Source: Syntrophales bacterium
GTDB taxonomy: Bacteria; Desulfobacterota; Syntrophia; Syntrophales; UBA6807
Assembly: GCA_040767195.1 (NCBI GenBank)
Contig: JAXGPA010000002.1
Location: forward strand, 288,001-352,000
Direction: 5' to 3'
Length of the DNA stretch: 64,000 nucleotides
The notes beneath the pieces are model-generated. The model did no database searches. It was not told the origin of the DNA and saw only the letters and a list, made by a program, of their open reading frames with translations. Shown one piece after another: positions 1 through 10,664 of the stretch. The position numbers and the translations under genes are program-made. Every line of letters starts with the position of its first letter. Position 1 is the first letter of the stretch.

Positions 1-621
1 GGCGGCCACCTTGTAGGCCTTGAAACCCTCGTTGACCTCGCAGAAAAGGGACCCCAGCTGCAGATCCCGTCCGGCACCGCTGGTCCCCGACTTGGAGTCG
101 ACGATGATGGAATCGAGGCGGATCTTTCCCTCCCGGAGAAGGGGGGCCAGGCCCAGGATGACGCTCGTGGGATAGCAACCGGGATTGGCCACGAGATCCG
201 CCGGCACGATCGCCTCCCGGTAAAGTTCCGGCAGGCCGTAAACGGCACGGGAAATCAGGGGGGAAGCGGTGTGCTTCTGATACCATTTTTCATAGATGTC
301 GACCCGGCGGAGACGGAAGTCGGCACTCAGGTCGATGACCTTGACGCCCCTGTCGAGAAAGACCGGGGCCGATGCCATGGCCTCGCCGTGAGGCACCGCC
401 AGGAACACAATCTCGCAGAGGGCGGCCACCTCTTCGGGAGAGGCGTCCATGAATGTCTGCCCGGCAATCCCCATAAGCCCCGGATAAATCTGATTTATCC
501 TCTGTCCCCTGTATTTCCGGGAGGTGAGGGCCGTCACCTCCACACCGGGATGGCGGGAGAGGAGGCGCAGCAGCTCCTGCCCCGTGTAACCGCTTCCCCC
601 GTATATGCCGACCCGTGCCAT
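1..621 (-). CDS. argC: N-acetyl-gamma-glutamyl-phosphate reductase (3' end runs off the window)
   Basis: Manual translation from ATG at 621: MARVGIYGGSGYTGQELLRLL...VIDLSADFRL...VYGLPEL...ANPGCYPT...DSKSGTSGAGR. Confidence 0.95.
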   Translation of the reverse strand, partial: MARVGIYGGSGYTGQELLRLLSRHPGVEVTALTSRKYRGQRINQIYPGLMGIAGQTFMDASPEEVAALCEIVFLAVPHGEAMASAPVFLDRGVKVIDLSADFRLRRVDIYEKWYQKHTASPLISRAVYGLPELYREAIVPADLVANPGCYPTSVILGLAPLLREGKIRLDSIIVDSKSGTSGAGRDLQLGSLFCEVNEGFKAYKVAA

Positions 622-639
622 GATTGTCCGTTCCCTCAT

Positions 640-666
640 AAAAAAAGGAGGCCGGAGCCTCCTTCC
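640..666 (-). terminator. Intrinsic terminator after rpsI
   Basis: Minus strand AAGGAGGC-TCCG-GCCTCCTT hairpin followed by T-run. Confidence 0.7.
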
Positions 667-676
667 TTCCATCTCG

Positions 677-1069
677 TTAACGCTTCGAGTACTGGAACCG
701 TTTCCGCGCTCCCGGCTGCCCGTATTTTTTCCGTTCCTTGATTCGGGCATCCCGGGTGAGGAACCCCGCTTTTTTGAGTACCGATTTCAGGGCTTCGTCG
801 TATTCCACGAGGGCCTTGGAGATGCCGTGCTTCACAGCACCCGCCTGCCCGGAAATCCCACCGCCGCGGACATTGATGTAAAAGTCGAAAGCATCCCGTT
901 TTCCGGTCGTTTCCAGCGGCTGGCGGATCAGCCGGACGAGGCTGTCGCTTTGAAAGTATTCCATGAGCCCGCGGTCGTTGACCGCCCAAGAGCCGCTTCC
1001 CGGTTTCATCCAGACGCGGGCCACCGCCGTTTTTCTTTTTCCCGTCGCGTAATACCTGTTTTCAGACAT
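677..1069 (-). CDS. rpsI: 30S ribosomal protein S9
   Basis: YATGKRKTAVARV...GGGISGQAGA...ERKKYGQPGARKRFQYSKR. Confidence 0.98.
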   Translation of the reverse strand: MSENRYYATGKRKTAVARVWMKPGSGSWAVNDRGLMEYFQSDSLVRLIRQPLETTGKRDAFDFYINVRGGGISGQAGAVKHGISKALVEYDEALKSVLKKAGFLTRDARIKERKKYGQPGARKRFQYSKR

Positions 1070-1096
1070 AGGTGATCCCTTTTACCGCCTCCCTCG

Positions 1097-1525
1097 TTAC
1101 AATTCCAGTTTCTCCGGCCGCTGGGCCTCGTGGGGATGACCGTCCCCCGCATACACTTTCAGTTTTCTCAACATCCTTCGTCCCAGGCTGTTTTTCGGGA
1201 GCATCCCTTTCACCGCAAGATGGATGAGCCGTTCCGGTTTTTCGAGGCGCATTTTCCCCGCCGCTTTGGACTTGATTCCGCCGGGATAGCCGGTGTGGTG
1301 ATAATAGATCTTGTCGGTCGCCTTTTTTCCCGTCATGACGACTTTATCGGCGTTAACCACGACAATGAAATCCCCCGTGTCCACATGGGGGGTGTATATG
1401 GCCTTGTGCTTCCCCCGGAGCCTTCTCGCCACTTCGCTGGCCAGCCTCCCGAGGATCTTGCCGTCGGCATCGACGAGAAACCAGGACCGCTTGACGTCCG
1501 AAGCCTTTGCACTGTAAGTTTTCAT
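1097..1525 (-). CDS. rplM: 50S ribosomal protein L13
   Basis: MKTYSAK...[16 protein letters not shown]...YTPHVDTGD...HTGYPGG. Confidence 0.98.
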   Translation of the reverse strand: MKTYSAKASDVKRSWFLVDADGKILGRLASEVARRLRGKHKAIYTPHVDTGDFIVVVNADKVVMTGKKATDKIYYHHTGYPGGIKSKAAGKMRLEKPERLIHLAVKGMLPKNSLGRRMLRKLKVYAGDGHPHEAQRPEKLEL

Positions 1526-1561
1526 AAGTACCACCGGTAATTTCTCGAAAATTAAAGCGCC

Positions 1562-1590
1562 AAGCTATTCAATTTCCGCTTCTTTGTCAA
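1562..1590 (-). promoter_or_regulatory. sigma70-type promoter for rplM-rpsI
   Basis: TTGACA-17 nt-TAGCTT on minus strand. Confidence 0.6.
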
Positions 1591-1613
1591 GTAAAAAAGA
1601 TCGTGCGCCGGGA

Positions 1614-3806
1614 TCACCAGGAAGCCGACCCTTCCACACCCCCTTCGCCGATTCCAAGAAGTTCCAGGGAGAGCAGATAGAGACGGTCGTCATCCTTCTC
1701 GGAATAACGGAGTTCGATACCCCAGCACTGCCGGCGATACCGGAGCGCGTAGGTGGCCTCCACGGTCCGGTCGTCCAGGCGGTTCTTCTCGAGAATGTAC
1801 CCGATGTCCAGCCGGTCAGTGCATCGCAACCGGAGAGCCAGGTTCAGTTCTTCCACCCGGTCCTGGGTGTAGCGGTACTCGACGGTCACCCGGTCCCCCC
1901 TGCCGTCCTCAGCGGAAAGGAGGCAGTCCGTCTTCTTCCACTCACCGTCCCTGGGATCGAACCGTGTGTCGGCCCACAGGGAGAGACCGTCGAGAGGCCT
2001 GAAGTAGAGTTTCCCCTCGATGGCCCCAAAAGGTCTCTTCTCTCTTTCCGGCATTTCATCTCTTCTCGCCTCCCTGATGTCGTAGGACTGGCTCAGCTCG
2101 AGCCGGAAAAACTCCCAGTAGCGGTCCCGGCCCTGGGAATCCCGGCCCCGGGCCGTGAGAACATTGACCAGGGAATAGGTCACCTTGTTGGTTTCAACGA
2201 CGGGATCCGTGTAGTCCGGCCGGTCTTCCTGGGTGATGGAGGGAATGTAGGTGTATTCCACTTCGGGACGAACGGTGTGCTTGATTTTTTCCACTCTATT
2301 TCCATTTATGTGAAAAACCCGCGAAAATTCCGTCGATCCCTCCAGCTGGGCCGTCAGGAAGGCCATGTCGCCCCGGGTTTCATCCCCGCTGTCATCTCCG
2401 GAATCAGCGTCCCAGCGCACGAATCGAAATCCGACCCGGGGGATGACCTGAAAATATGGACTGTTGCTGAAGGGAAGGGCCAGCTCGGGGTAAAGGTTGA
2501 GGAGATGCCCCCGGGTTCCCTCTTCCCGGTCATAATAATCGTAGGCGCCATCCAGAGAAAAGTGAAAAGGCGTCCCGGAAAGGGGCCTCGTAAATCCGGT
2601 GAGGGTGATTTCCGGGTATTTCTGCAGGGTATTGTCGTTTGAGACTTCCTGAAAATTGTCCGTGTACTGGCCGAGGGCCGTGAGATTGATCCACTCCCAG
2701 TCCTTGACGACCCGTGCCGTGGAATCGAGCGAGGGCAGGGAATCGTCGGCATAATAGTTGATCCTTCGAAAGCGCTCTTCCTGGTTGTCGCCGTATTGGC
2801 GGAGAAAATAATTGTCCGAGGAAAAATCCCTGAAATACCAGGAATCGGAAACCCGCTTGATGTCAACGACACCGTAAAGGCCGGGCTTCAGGGTCACCTG
2901 GTGGTTCCAGTACAGGGACCAGCGGTCCCGGGACTCCGTCCAGGTTCGATTGAGGCGTTCTCTTGTCTCGGAAACCTCTTTTCCGTCGCGAAGAATATCG
3001 CCGTAGAAAACGCCATAGGAATCAGCGCTCTGGCAATAGCGAAATTCCAGTCCTTCCTGAAATCCTCTTTTTTCCATGTATCGCTGGTAGAGGGTGGCGT
3101 CCATGCGGTCGGAAAGGGCGATGAAAAAGGGGATGGAAATGTCCAGGCCGTTTTTATCCCTCGAGTAGGCGAGCCTCGGGAGGAGAAATCCCGTCTGGCG
3201 CGTCTTCTTAACCGGGAAAAGAAAATAGGGGACATAGAAAACGGGGACATCACGAACCCGGAACGCGCCGTGGCGGATCGTTCCGTACCCGTCCACGGTC
3301 ACCCGGATTTCTTTTCCAGTGACGCTCCAGTCCGGGGCCTCCCCGTCGCAGGTGGTCGCCTTCCCATCGACGACCCGATAGGTGGCCTCCCCCTCCTTGT
3401 GAAGTTCCCGCCCCTTGAGAAAGAGGTGGTTTTCGGAAAAAAACACCTCACCGTCGTACAGAACCCCCGTTTTATCCCTGAAATTGAAACGGGCTCTTTC
3501 GCCTTTCAGGACATCGGATCCGCTCTGGAGTTCAACACCGCCACGGGCTTCCGACTCCCCCGTGACCCGGCTGACCCGTACGTCTTCGGCCTTGAGAACC
3601 CCCTCCTCATAACGGATCACGACGTTTCCCGACGCGTCATAGGTGTCGCCGTCCTCATCGTAGTTCAGCCGGTCCGCCTCGACGGTCACCGGCGGCCCGT
3701 CACCCTTGTCCCGCCCCCACCCGGTTCGTGGAAAGACGGCCAGGACCGTCACCAGGAGGAGGAGGGCCAGAACGGCACAAAATCTGTTCAAGAAAGAGAT
3801 CTTCAT
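1614..3806 (-). CDS. lptD: LPS-assembly protein LptD
   Basis: Signal peptide; OstA-like N-terminus (VEADRLNYD, ATTCDGEAPDW, RQTGFLLP); aromatic-rich beta-barrel ending YRRQCWGIELRY. Confidence 0.9.
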   Translation of the reverse strand: MKISFLNRFCAVLALLLLVTVLAVFPRTGWGRDKGDGPPVTVEADRLNYDEDGDTYDASGNVVIRYEEGVLKAEDVRVSRVTGESEARGGVELQSGSDVLKGERARFNFRDKTGVLYDGEVFFSENHLFLKGRELHKEGEATYRVVDGKATTCDGEAPDWSVTGKEIRVTVDGYGTIRHGAFRVRDVPVFYVPYFLFPVKKTRQTGFLLPRLAYSRDKNGLDISIPFFIALSDRMDATLYQRYMEKRGFQEGLEFRYCQSADSYGVFYGDILRDGKEVSETRERLNRTWTESRDRWSLYWNHQVTLKPGLYGVVDIKRVSDSWYFRDFSSDNYFLRQYGDNQEERFRRINYYADDSLPSLDSTARVVKDWEWINLTALGQYTDNFQEVSNDNTLQKYPEITLTGFTRPLSGTPFHFSLDGAYDYYDREEGTRGHLLNLYPELALPFSNSPYFQVIPRVGFRFVRWDADSGDDSGDETRGDMAFLTAQLEGSTEFSRVFHINGNRVEKIKHTVRPEVEYTYIPSITQEDRPDYTDPVVETNKVTYSLVNVLTARGRDSQGRDRYWEFFRLELSQSYDIREARRDEMPEREKRPFGAIEGKLYFRPLDGLSLWADTRFDPRDGEWKKTDCLLSAEDGRGDRVTVEYRYTQDRVEELNLALRLRCTDRLDIGYILEKNRLDDRTVEATYALRYRRQCWGIELRYSEKDDDRLYLLSLELLGIGEGGVEGSASW

Positions 3807-5059
3807 GCCGTCTCCCTGGGAAAGGCGGCGTAGGCATCTCCGGCCAGGTACAGAGAACCGGCGACACAGACGAGGTCCTCGGGACCCGCTACTTTCAGAG
3901 CCTCCCGGCAGGCTTCCCGGGGATCCGCGACGACCCGGGCGGGAAAGCCGCCCCGTCGGGCCATGGGGAGTAGAATGTCAGGACTGAGGGCCCGCTCGTT
4001 CCGTGGGCGGGTGAGGATGATCCAGTCGGCGACGGAACGGACACCCTTCATCATGGTCCTGTAATCCTTGTCCTTGAGGACCCCGAAAACAAAACCGAGG
4101 CGACGATACGAAAATTCCTCCTTGAGAGCCACCATGAGGGCGGCAAGAGCGGCCGGGTTGTGAGCGCCGTCGACGACGACGGTGGGATGCCCTCGGAGGA
4201 TCTCGAGACGGCCCGGCCACGACGCACGCTGAAGACCTCTGCGAAGACCTTCCTCGGGGACCGCAAAACCCTTCGTCCCCAGAATTTCCATGACACAGAG
4301 GGCGAGGGCGGCATTCCGTCTCTGATGCCTGCCCCTCAGGGAGAGAGACAGGTCTCGGAGGGTCGTGTTCAAACCCCGGTAAGTAAATGTGCCCGGTGCG
4401 GTGGACCTGACTTGGAAGGCCTGCCCGATCCTGTACAGGCGGCCCCGCCGCTCAAAGCAGATTTTTTCCAGGCAGGCGGCAATGTGCGCCTGGGAAACAC
4501 CGATCACCAGGTCTCCTCCCTGTTTAAGGATTCCAGCCTTCTCCCGGGCGATGTTTTTCAGGTTTCCGGTGAGAAAGCGCTCATGCTCCCGGGCGATATT
4601 GGTAATGACCGTCACCTCCGGATGGAGGACGTTCGTGGCGTCGAGCCGTCCCCCCAGTCCCACTTCGATAACCGCAATATCGACCTTTTTCATGGAAAAG
4701 TAAAGAAAGGCCGCCGCGGTCATGAATTCGAAGTAGGTGGTCCGTTCGGGCATCCGCCTTTCCAGGATCCTGACGCAGTCGGAAAAAGCCCTCCGGCCGA
4801 TGATGCGCCCGTCAACACGAATCCGCTCCCGTTCTTCGACGAGATGGGGAGACGTGTAGAGGCCGACGGTCCACCCGCCTTCCCGGAGCATGGCGGCCGT
4901 GAGGGAGGCCACGGACCCTTTTCCGTTGGTTCCTCCAATGTGAACGGAAGGACAGTCGTTTTGAGGATTCCCCAGGCGCTCCAGAAAAGTCGTCACCGTT
5001 GCGAGCTGGAGATCGAAATCGGTCTCCCTCAATTGATGGAATCTCTTCAGCGCCGCCAC
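3803..5059 (-). CDS. folC: Bifunctional folylpolyglutamate/dihydrofolate synthase
   Basis: HIGGTNGKGS, YTSPHL, EVGLGGRLDATN, WPGRLE, DGAHN, GSLYLAG; 4-bp overlap with lptD start. Confidence 0.95.
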   Translation of the reverse strand: MAALKRFHQLRETDFDLQLATVTTFLERLGNPQNDCPSVHIGGTNGKGSVASLTAAMLREGGWTVGLYTSPHLVEERERIRVDGRIIGRRAFSDCVRILERRMPERTTYFEFMTAAAFLYFSMKKVDIAVIEVGLGGRLDATNVLHPEVTVITNIAREHERFLTGNLKNIAREKAGILKQGGDLVIGVSQAHIAACLEKICFERRGRLYRIGQAFQVRSTAPGTFTYRGLNTTLRDLSLSLRGRHQRRNAALALCVMEILGTKGFAVPEEGLRRGLQRASWPGRLEILRGHPTVVVDGAHNPAALAALMVALKEEFSYRRLGFVFGVLKDKDYRTMMKGVRSVADWIILTRPRNERALSPDILLPMARRGGFPARVVADPREACREALKVAGPEDLVCVAGSLYLAGDAYAAFPRETA

Positions 5060-5241
5060 GATCAGCCCGCGTTCCGTCGCAAGAACAACAGGTGAGGACG
5101 GATCCGGTCAAGGGAATCTAAGGCGGGACGGTCCGGTGCGGGGGAGGGGGGGATGCAGAACGGAAGGTCACCGGGACGATGGACGAAAAGCCGGGCGGGA
5201 AGAAAATTCCTTTTTGCGCAATGGGCGGTCATGGGGAACTA

Positions 5242-6012
5242 TTAAAAGCAAAGAACATCCCCGTCCCGAAGAAGGCGGATCGTTCTTTTGGAGGCCAGGG
5301 GGTCGATTTCCCCGGCGATGGTCTCATAGTACTGAGGCTTCAGGTGATACAGGAAAATATCCGGTGAGGCGGATCCCAGTTTTCGCAGCTCCCTCTCCAG
5401 GGAAAAGGGGGTCAGATGGCCGGCCAGGTCGGCCACGGACTGCATTTCATTTGGAAAGGACGTTTCCAGGAAGAGGGCTTTCAAGTTCTTTGCCTGTTTC
5501 GCGATCCGCCAGATTTCCTCCGTCGGTCCCGTGTCTCCGGCGATAAGAATGGACACGTCCCCCGACTCCAGGAGATACGCCACGGTTTCCACCGTGTGGT
5601 TCACCGGTATGGCCGTCACCGAAAGATCCTTCATCGGCAAGCGCGTTCCCGGTTCAAGGGTCTGAAAACGGATTGTCGGGTTATCCAGGGAGGGTATCAC
5701 GGAAAAGTCGGGCCATATGACGTTATTGAAAAGATTGGCGTGGAGAAGGTCAAGAATTCCCTGGGGAGCGAGAACCCTGAGAGAGGTTTCTTTCCTCAGG
5801 CAGATGTTGTCGGCGAGAAAGAGAAGATCCTTAACATGATCCAGGTGGGCGTGACTGATCAGAACGGCTTCGAGCTTCAACTGCTCCTGGAGACTCAGGA
5901 CCGACGTGACCGTTCCCGCGTCGATGAGAATCGACTCATCGAGAAGGAAAGCCGTGGTGTTGTAGCCGGGAAAAAGGGACCCGTGGCACCCGAGAACGCG
6001 AATTTTCATCAT
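5242..6012 (-). CDS. Class II cAMP phosphodiesterase-like MBL-fold hydrolase
   Basis: MKIRVLGCHGS, LIDAGT, SHAHLDH, FNNVIWPDF, GDTG, GHLTP, YHLKP. Confidence 0.8.
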   Translation of the reverse strand: MMKIRVLGCHGSLFPGYNTTAFLLDESILIDAGTVTSVLSLQEQLKLEAVLISHAHLDHVKDLLFLADNICLRKETSLRVLAPQGILDLLHANLFNNVIWPDFSVIPSLDNPTIRFQTLEPGTRLPMKDLSVTAIPVNHTVETVAYLLESGDVSILIAGDTGPTEEIWRIAKQAKNLKALFLETSFPNEMQSVADLAGHLTPFSLERELRKLGSASPDIFLYHLKPQYYETIAGEIDPLASKRTIRLLRDGDVLCF

Positions 6013-6110
6013 AGGAGACTTTGTCCCTGTCAAAATACGGCCGCGGCCCTTTTTCCCGTTTCGGGCGCCCCCCGTCCCCGGCGAGGCGTTTCGGGGGGCG
6101 TGGGAAAAAT

Positions 6111-6377
6111 TTATTCGGGAAGCACTTTGAAAACTTCATCTCCGGGACGGACCCGATCGGAGACCTTGATGCCGATGTAATCTCCTTCCACGGCTTTTTC
6201 GACAGGGGCGTTGTTGACTTCCATGGATAGAATCTTCTCTTCCAGGTCCGTGGTGTGACCGGTGATTTTTATCGTGTCACCCACATTCAACTCCCCTGTG
6301 GTCACCTTGACGGCAGCGACACTGGGTTTGGCAAAAAATTTGACGACTTCTCCGATTTTCTCCTCGCTCATGGTCAT
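6111..6377 (-). CDS. Small translation-elongation-factor-like beta-barrel protein (EF-Tu domain II / U32 C-terminal-like)
   Basis: IGEVVKFFAKPSVAAVKV...LNVGDTI.I.GHTTD...SMEVNN..VEKA..GD.IGIKV..RVRPGDEVFKV; GGAGG SD. Confidence 0.75.
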   Translation of the reverse strand: MTMSEEKIGEVVKFFAKPSVAAVKVTTGELNVGDTIKITGHTTDLEEKILSMEVNNAPVEKAVEGDYIGIKVSDRVRPGDEVFKVLPE

Positions 6378-6401
6378 TCCTCCCGTTATGAGTTTTTGCC
6401 C

Positions 6402-6442
6402 TTAACGTTGGAATATTAGCCATCTTCAACGTTAAAAATCAA
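6402..6442 (-). promoter_or_regulatory. Promoter with overlapping inverted repeat (putative operator)
   Basis: TTGATT-18-TAATAT on minus strand; perfect inverted repeat TTAACGTTG-N16-CAACGTTAA at 6402-6435. Confidence 0.45.
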
Positions 6443-6446
6443 GAAT

Positions 6447-6478
6447 AAAAAAGGCAGGGGGCGCGGCCTCCTGCCTTT
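6447..6478 (-). terminator. Intrinsic terminator ending the alpha operon
   Basis: AAAGGCAGGAGG...CCCCCTGCCTTTTTT on minus strand just after rplQ. Confidence 0.8.
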
Positions 6479-6503
6479 CCCATGCCTCCTGGCAAGAAAA
6501 ACA

Positions 6504-6899
6504 TCACGATTGCGCTTTTTTCTTCGCCGTTTCCCGGCCATCCTCCGCAGGAATCAATTGTATCATGGACAGGGCCGCGTTGTCTCCCTCCCGGTAGCCC
6601 AGCTTGACAATACGGGTATAACCACCCTGGCGGTTTTCGTATCGTTTCGCCAGATCGTCGAAAAGCTTTTTCGCCGTCGTCCTGTCCCTGATGACTGTCA
6701 TCGCCTGACGCACGGCGTGCAGGTTGCCCTTCTTGCCGATGGTGATCATTTTCTCCGCCAGGCGCCGGAGTTCCTTGGCCTTGGCGTCTGTCGTGACGAT
6801 CTTCTCATACTTAAAAAGGGAGGTGACCATGTTTCTGAACATGGCTTTCCGGTGGCTTGCCGTTCTCCCGAGCTTTTTAACAGCCTTTCGATGGCGCAT
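6504..6899 (-). CDS. rplQ: 50S ribosomal protein L17
   Basis: [18 protein letters not shown]...GGYTRIVK. Confidence 0.98.
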   Translation of the reverse strand: MRHRKAVKKLGRTASHRKAMFRNMVTSLFKYEKIVTTDAKAKELRRLAEKMITIGKKGNLHAVRQAMTVIRDRTTAKKLFDDLAKRYENRQGGYTRIVKLGYREGDNAALSMIQLIPAEDGRETAKKKAQS

Positions 6900-6934
6900 G
6901 GATCAAATTCCTTTCCTCGATCTTCGCGAGTTGA

Positions 6935-7972
6935 CTATTCCTCATCCTCCTCCTGGGGAGTCTCGATTTCCCCGGGTTCCTGCCGGTACCCCTGGTGGGG
7001 CGGAAAGACGACCTTCATGCCCAGGCCCAAACCCATTTCCTGGAGGATTTCCTTGATTTCGTTCAGGGATTTGCGGCCGAAGTTTTTTGTCTTGAGCATC
7101 TCCGCTTCCGTTTTCTGAACAAGTTCTCCGATGCAGTGAATGCCGGCATTTTTCAGGCAGTTCGCCGAGCGGACGGAAAGCTCGAGTTCGTCCACCGTCT
7201 TGTAAAGATTCTCGTTGAAGCCCGGCGGAAGTTCCGGTTCAGCGATGATCACTTCCTCCTTGACTTCCTGCTCTTCGAAGTTGATGAAAATGTCGATCTG
7301 CTCCTTGAGAATCCGCGCGGCGAAGGCAACGGCGTCTTCCGGACGGATACTCCCGTCCGTCCACACCTCGAGGGTCAGCTTGTCATAATCGGTGATCTGC
7401 CCCACCCGGGCGTATGAAATGGTGTACGTCACCTTCCGGATGGGGGAGAAAACGGCGTCGATATTGATGGTCCCTTCCGGCTGTTCGGGGTCCCGCTCCC
7501 TCTTGGCGGCGACGTAACCCTTGCCCATCTCGATGCGCATCTCCGCCTTCAGGGTTCCGTTCCCGGAAAGCGTGGCGATGGGGTGTTCGGGGTTCAGAAC
7601 CTCCACCGTGCCATCGGTCTTGATGTCCGATGCCGTGACAACCCCCTCGCGGCTCACGTTCAGATGAACCACCCGGGGATCTTCCTGGTGGACCTTGAAA
7701 CGCACGCCCTTGAGATTCAAGATGATATCCGTCACGTCCTCCTTGACGCCGGGAATGGTCGTGAACTCGTGGAGAACCCCGTCGAATTTCACCGACGTGA
7801 TGGCGGCCCCGTAGATGGAGGACAGGAGAACCCGGCGAAGCGCATTCCCCAAGGTGATTCCGAAGCCTTTTTCCAGCGGCTGGACGATGAATTCCCCATA
7901 AGTGAGGGTGTGCGACTTTTCGTCGATTTCGATACGCTTCGGTCTGATAAGACTGCGCCAGTTTTTTTGCAT
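6935..7972 (-). CDS. rpoA: RNA polymerase alpha subunit
   Basis: [43 protein letters not shown]. Confidence 0.98.
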   Translation of the reverse strand: MQKNWRSLIRPKRIEIDEKSHTLTYGEFIVQPLEKGFGITLGNALRRVLLSSIYGAAITSVKFDGVLHEFTTIPGVKEDVTDIILNLKGVRFKVHQEDPRVVHLNVSREGVVTASDIKTDGTVEVLNPEHPIATLSGNGTLKAEMRIEMGKGYVAAKRERDPEQPEGTINIDAVFSPIRKVTYTISYARVGQITDYDKLTLEVWTDGSIRPEDAVAFAARILKEQIDIFINFEEQEVKEEVIIAEPELPPGFNENLYKTVDELELSVRSANCLKNAGIHCIGELVQKTEAEMLKTKNFGRKSLNEIKEILQEMGLGLGMKVVFPPHQGYRQEPGEIETPQEEDEE

Positions 7973-7999
7973 GTGTTCCTTTCCCCGCTGTCAGAAAAT

Positions 8000-8626
8000 T
8001 TATTTCGAGTAAAGCTCCACGACCAACTGCTCCTGGATGGGCATGGTCAACTCTTCTCGGGTGGGGAATCTCTTGAATGCACCGGCAAAGGCTTCCTGAT
8101 TCATTTCAAGCCAATCGGGGACGCCACGGCGCGCCACGGTTGACACTGCCTCGGCGATTCGGGTGATGGTCCGGCTTTTTTCCTTGACCTGGATCTGGTC
8201 GCCCACATCGACCAGGAAGGACGGAATGTTCACTTTTTTACCGTTCACGAGAAAGTGATTGTGCCGGACGAGCTGGCGCGCCTCGTTCCTCGAGTTGGCG
8301 AACCCGAGACGGTAGACCACGTTGTCCAGCCTCCTTTCAAGGAAAAGAAGCAGGTTGGTTCCCGTAATGCCCTTTTGCTTGTCCGCTTTCTCGAAGTAGC
8401 CGCGAAACTGCCGCTCGAGAATTCCGTACATTCTTTTGAGCTTCTGTTTTTCCCTGAGCTGTACGCTGTAGTCCGTCTGTTTTCTTCTCGACTGGCCGTG
8501 CATACCCGGCGCATAGGCCCTTCTTTCAAAAGCGCACCGGTCGCTGTAGCAGCGGTCTCCCTTCAGAAACAGCTTCAATCCCTCTGCGCGACATAACCTG
8601 CAAACGGATCCTCGATATTTAGCCAA
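8000..8626 (-). CDS. rpsD: 30S ribosomal protein S4 (Zn-binding form)
   Basis: [17 protein letters not shown]...[19 protein letters not shown] start. Confidence 0.98.
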   Translation of the reverse strand: MAKYRGSVCRLCRAEGLKLFLKGDRCYSDRCAFERRAYAPGMHGQSRRKQTDYSVQLREKQKLKRMYGILERQFRGYFEKADKQKGITGTNLLLFLERRLDNVVYRLGFANSRNEARQLVRHNHFLVNGKKVNIPSFLVDVGDQIQVKEKSRTITRIAEAVSTVARRGVPDWLEMNQEAFAGAFKRFPTREELTMPIQEQLVVELYSK

Positions 8627-8662
8627 TGGACGCCTCCATTTCCATGAATTTTCTAAAGGCGG

Positions 8663-9052
8663 CTACACGCGCCTCCGCTTGGGCGGACGGCAGCCATTGT
8701 GGGGGATGGGTGTGACATCCCGAATGAGCGTTATGGTCAACCCCGCCGTCTGGAGGGCCCTGAGGGCCGACTCCCGGCCGGAACCAGGCCCCTTGACAAA
8801 AACCTGAACGGTCTTCACGCCATGCTCTTTTGCCTTTTTCACGGCATCCTCGGCGGCGAGCTGGGCCGCGAAGGGCGTGCCCTTCCTGGACCCCTTGAAC
8901 CCCTGCCCCCCGGACGACGCCCAGGAAATGACGTTGCCGCTGACATCGGTTATCGTCACGATGGTGTTGTTGAAAGTTGACTGAATATGGGCAACACCTT
9001 CGGATATGTTTTTACGCTCTTTCTTCTTTCCGCCTCTTCTCGGTCTCGCCAT
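8663..9052 (-). CDS. rpsK: 30S ribosomal protein S11
   Basis: [27 protein letters not shown]. Confidence 0.98.
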   Translation of the reverse strand: MARPRRGGKKKERKNISEGVAHIQSTFNNTIVTITDVSGNVISWASSGGQGFKGSRKGTPFAAQLAAEDAVKKAKEHGVKTVQVFVKGPGSGRESALRALQTAGLTITLIRDVTPIPHNGCRPPKRRRV

Positions 9053-9065
9053 GGTTCCTCCGCAC

Positions 9066-9434
9066 CTATTTCTTCCTTCCGCCGATGGCTCTTCGCGGGC
9101 CTTTCCTTGTCCGGGAATTCGTGTGAGTCCTCTGACCCCTCACCGGCAGACCCTTTCGATGCCGGAGACCGCGATACGTCCCGACATCCATGAGCCGCTT
9201 GATGGACAGGGAGATTTCCCGCCTCAAGTCGCCTTCCACCTTGTGATCCTTGTCGATGACGCTTCTCAGGGCCGATACCTGCTCATCCTTGAGATCATCG
9301 GTCTTCGTATCCAGATCGATTCCGACCGCCTGAAGAATTTGCCGCGACTTGGTTTTGCCAATCCCGTAAATGTACGTCAGCGCAATTTCCATGCGCTTGT
9401 TTTTCGGCAGGTCAACTCCCGCAATTCTTGCCAC
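9066..9434 (-). CDS. rpsM: 30S ribosomal protein S13
   Basis: [26 protein letters not shown]. Confidence 0.98.
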   Translation of the reverse strand: MARIAGVDLPKNKRMEIALTYIYGIGKTKSRQILQAVGIDLDTKTDDLKDEQVSALRSVIDKDHKVEGDLRREISLSIKRLMDVGTYRGLRHRKGLPVRGQRTHTNSRTRKGPRRAIGGRKK

Positions 9435-9451
9435 CGCGAAACCTCCTTGCT

Positions 9452-9565
9452 TTATCCTTGCCGCTGCTTATGCTTGGGATTCTCGCAGATCACCCGAAGC
9501 ACGCCGTGGCGCTTGATGATTTTACACTTGTCGCATATTTTCTTGACCGATGAACGAACCTTCAT
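9452..9565 (-). CDS. rpmJ: 50S ribosomal protein L36
   Basis: Manual translation [37 protein letters not shown] (below the ORF-track size cutoff). Confidence 0.97.
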   Translation of the reverse strand: MKVRSSVKKICDKCKIIKRHGVLRVICENPKHKQRQG

Positions 9566-9632
9566 GTCGATCCCTTCCTTCCTTCAAACGCGTGATTCAG
9601 CTGAAGTCTCCTGCCGCTTTTTACACCCGCAT

Positions 9633-9851
9633 TCACTTTGCCCGGTAGATAATCCTCCCCCGGGTCAGGTCATAAGGGGACAGTTCCACCGTCACGGTGT
9701 CACCGGGCAGTATTTTAATGAAATGCATTCTCATTTTTCCCGATATGTGGGCAAGGACCCTGTGGCCGTTGTCAAGCTCCACGCGAAACATGGCGTTGGG
9801 AAGGGGTTCGATGACCTTTCCCTCCACAACGATGGCCTCTTCTTTCGCCAT
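9633..9851 (-). CDS. infA: Translation initiation factor IF-1
   Basis: [24 protein letters not shown]. Confidence 0.98.
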   Translation of the reverse strand: MAKEEAIVVEGKVIEPLPNAMFRVELDNGHRVLAHISGKMRMHFIKILPGDTVTVELSPYDLTRGRIIYRAK

Positions 9852-9895
9852 AAAGATGACCTCTTCGTCTGCCCCGGTCGGCCCGGAGACAGCGT

Positions 9896-10645
9896 CTACC
9901 CGACGGTGCTCAGTATTTCCGGCCCGTTGTCACGGATGGCCACGGTGTGCTCGAAGTGAGCGGACAGCTTCCCGTCTTTCGTGACCACCGTCCAGCCGTC
10001 ACCGGTAACGGTTACATCGAAGGTCCCTTCGTTCACCATGGGCTCGATGGCGAACACCATGCCTTCCCGCAGGACGATTCCTCGCCCCCGGGTTCCATAG
10101 TTGGGAATCTGCGGGTCCTCGTGAAGGCCTTTGCCGATGCCGTGTCCGACGAAATCCCGGACCACGGAAAACCCCGCCGCCTCAACGTGTTCCTGTACGG
10201 CCGCCGATATGTCCCCAAGTCGGTTTCCCGGCCGGGCTTCATCAATGCCCTTGTAAAGCGACTCCTCCGTAACCCTGATCAGCTTCTTTCCCCTGTCCGG
10301 GACGTCTCCGACCGGTACGGTTATGGCAGCATCCCCATAGTATCCCTTAAAATAGATACCAAAGTCAAGACTGATGATATCCCCCTCCTGCAATTCACGG
10401 CTCGAGGGAATGCCGTGAACCACCTCTGAGTTCAAAGAGGTGCAGACGGAAGCAGGGTATCCCCTGTAACCTTTAAAGGCCGGCCGGGCTTCGTATTTTT
10501 TCGCCATTTCTTCGGCCAGCCCGTCGATGTCCTTCGTCGTAATTCCCGGTGCGATGATTTCCTCAAGCTTTCGAAGAACTTCCGCGACAATGCGGTTGCT
10601 CTCCCTGATCCTTTCAATTTCTTCCTTCGACTTGAGAATGATCAT
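9896..10645 (-). CDS. map: Type I methionine aminopeptidase
   Basis: EVVHGIP, FVGHGIG, AIEPMVN, SAHFEHT. Confidence 0.97.
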   Translation of the reverse strand: MIILKSKEEIERIRESNRIVAEVLRKLEEIIAPGITTKDIDGLAEEMAKKYEARPAFKGYRGYPASVCTSLNSEVVHGIPSSRELQEGDIISLDFGIYFKGYYGDAAITVPVGDVPDRGKKLIRVTEESLYKGIDEARPGNRLGDISAAVQEHVEAAGFSVVRDFVGHGIGKGLHEDPQIPNYGTRGRGIVLREGMVFAIEPMVNEGTFDVTVTGDGWTVVTKDGKLSAHFEHTVAIRDNGPEILSTVG

Positions 10646-10664
10646 GGTCCCGGTGACGGAGGCT

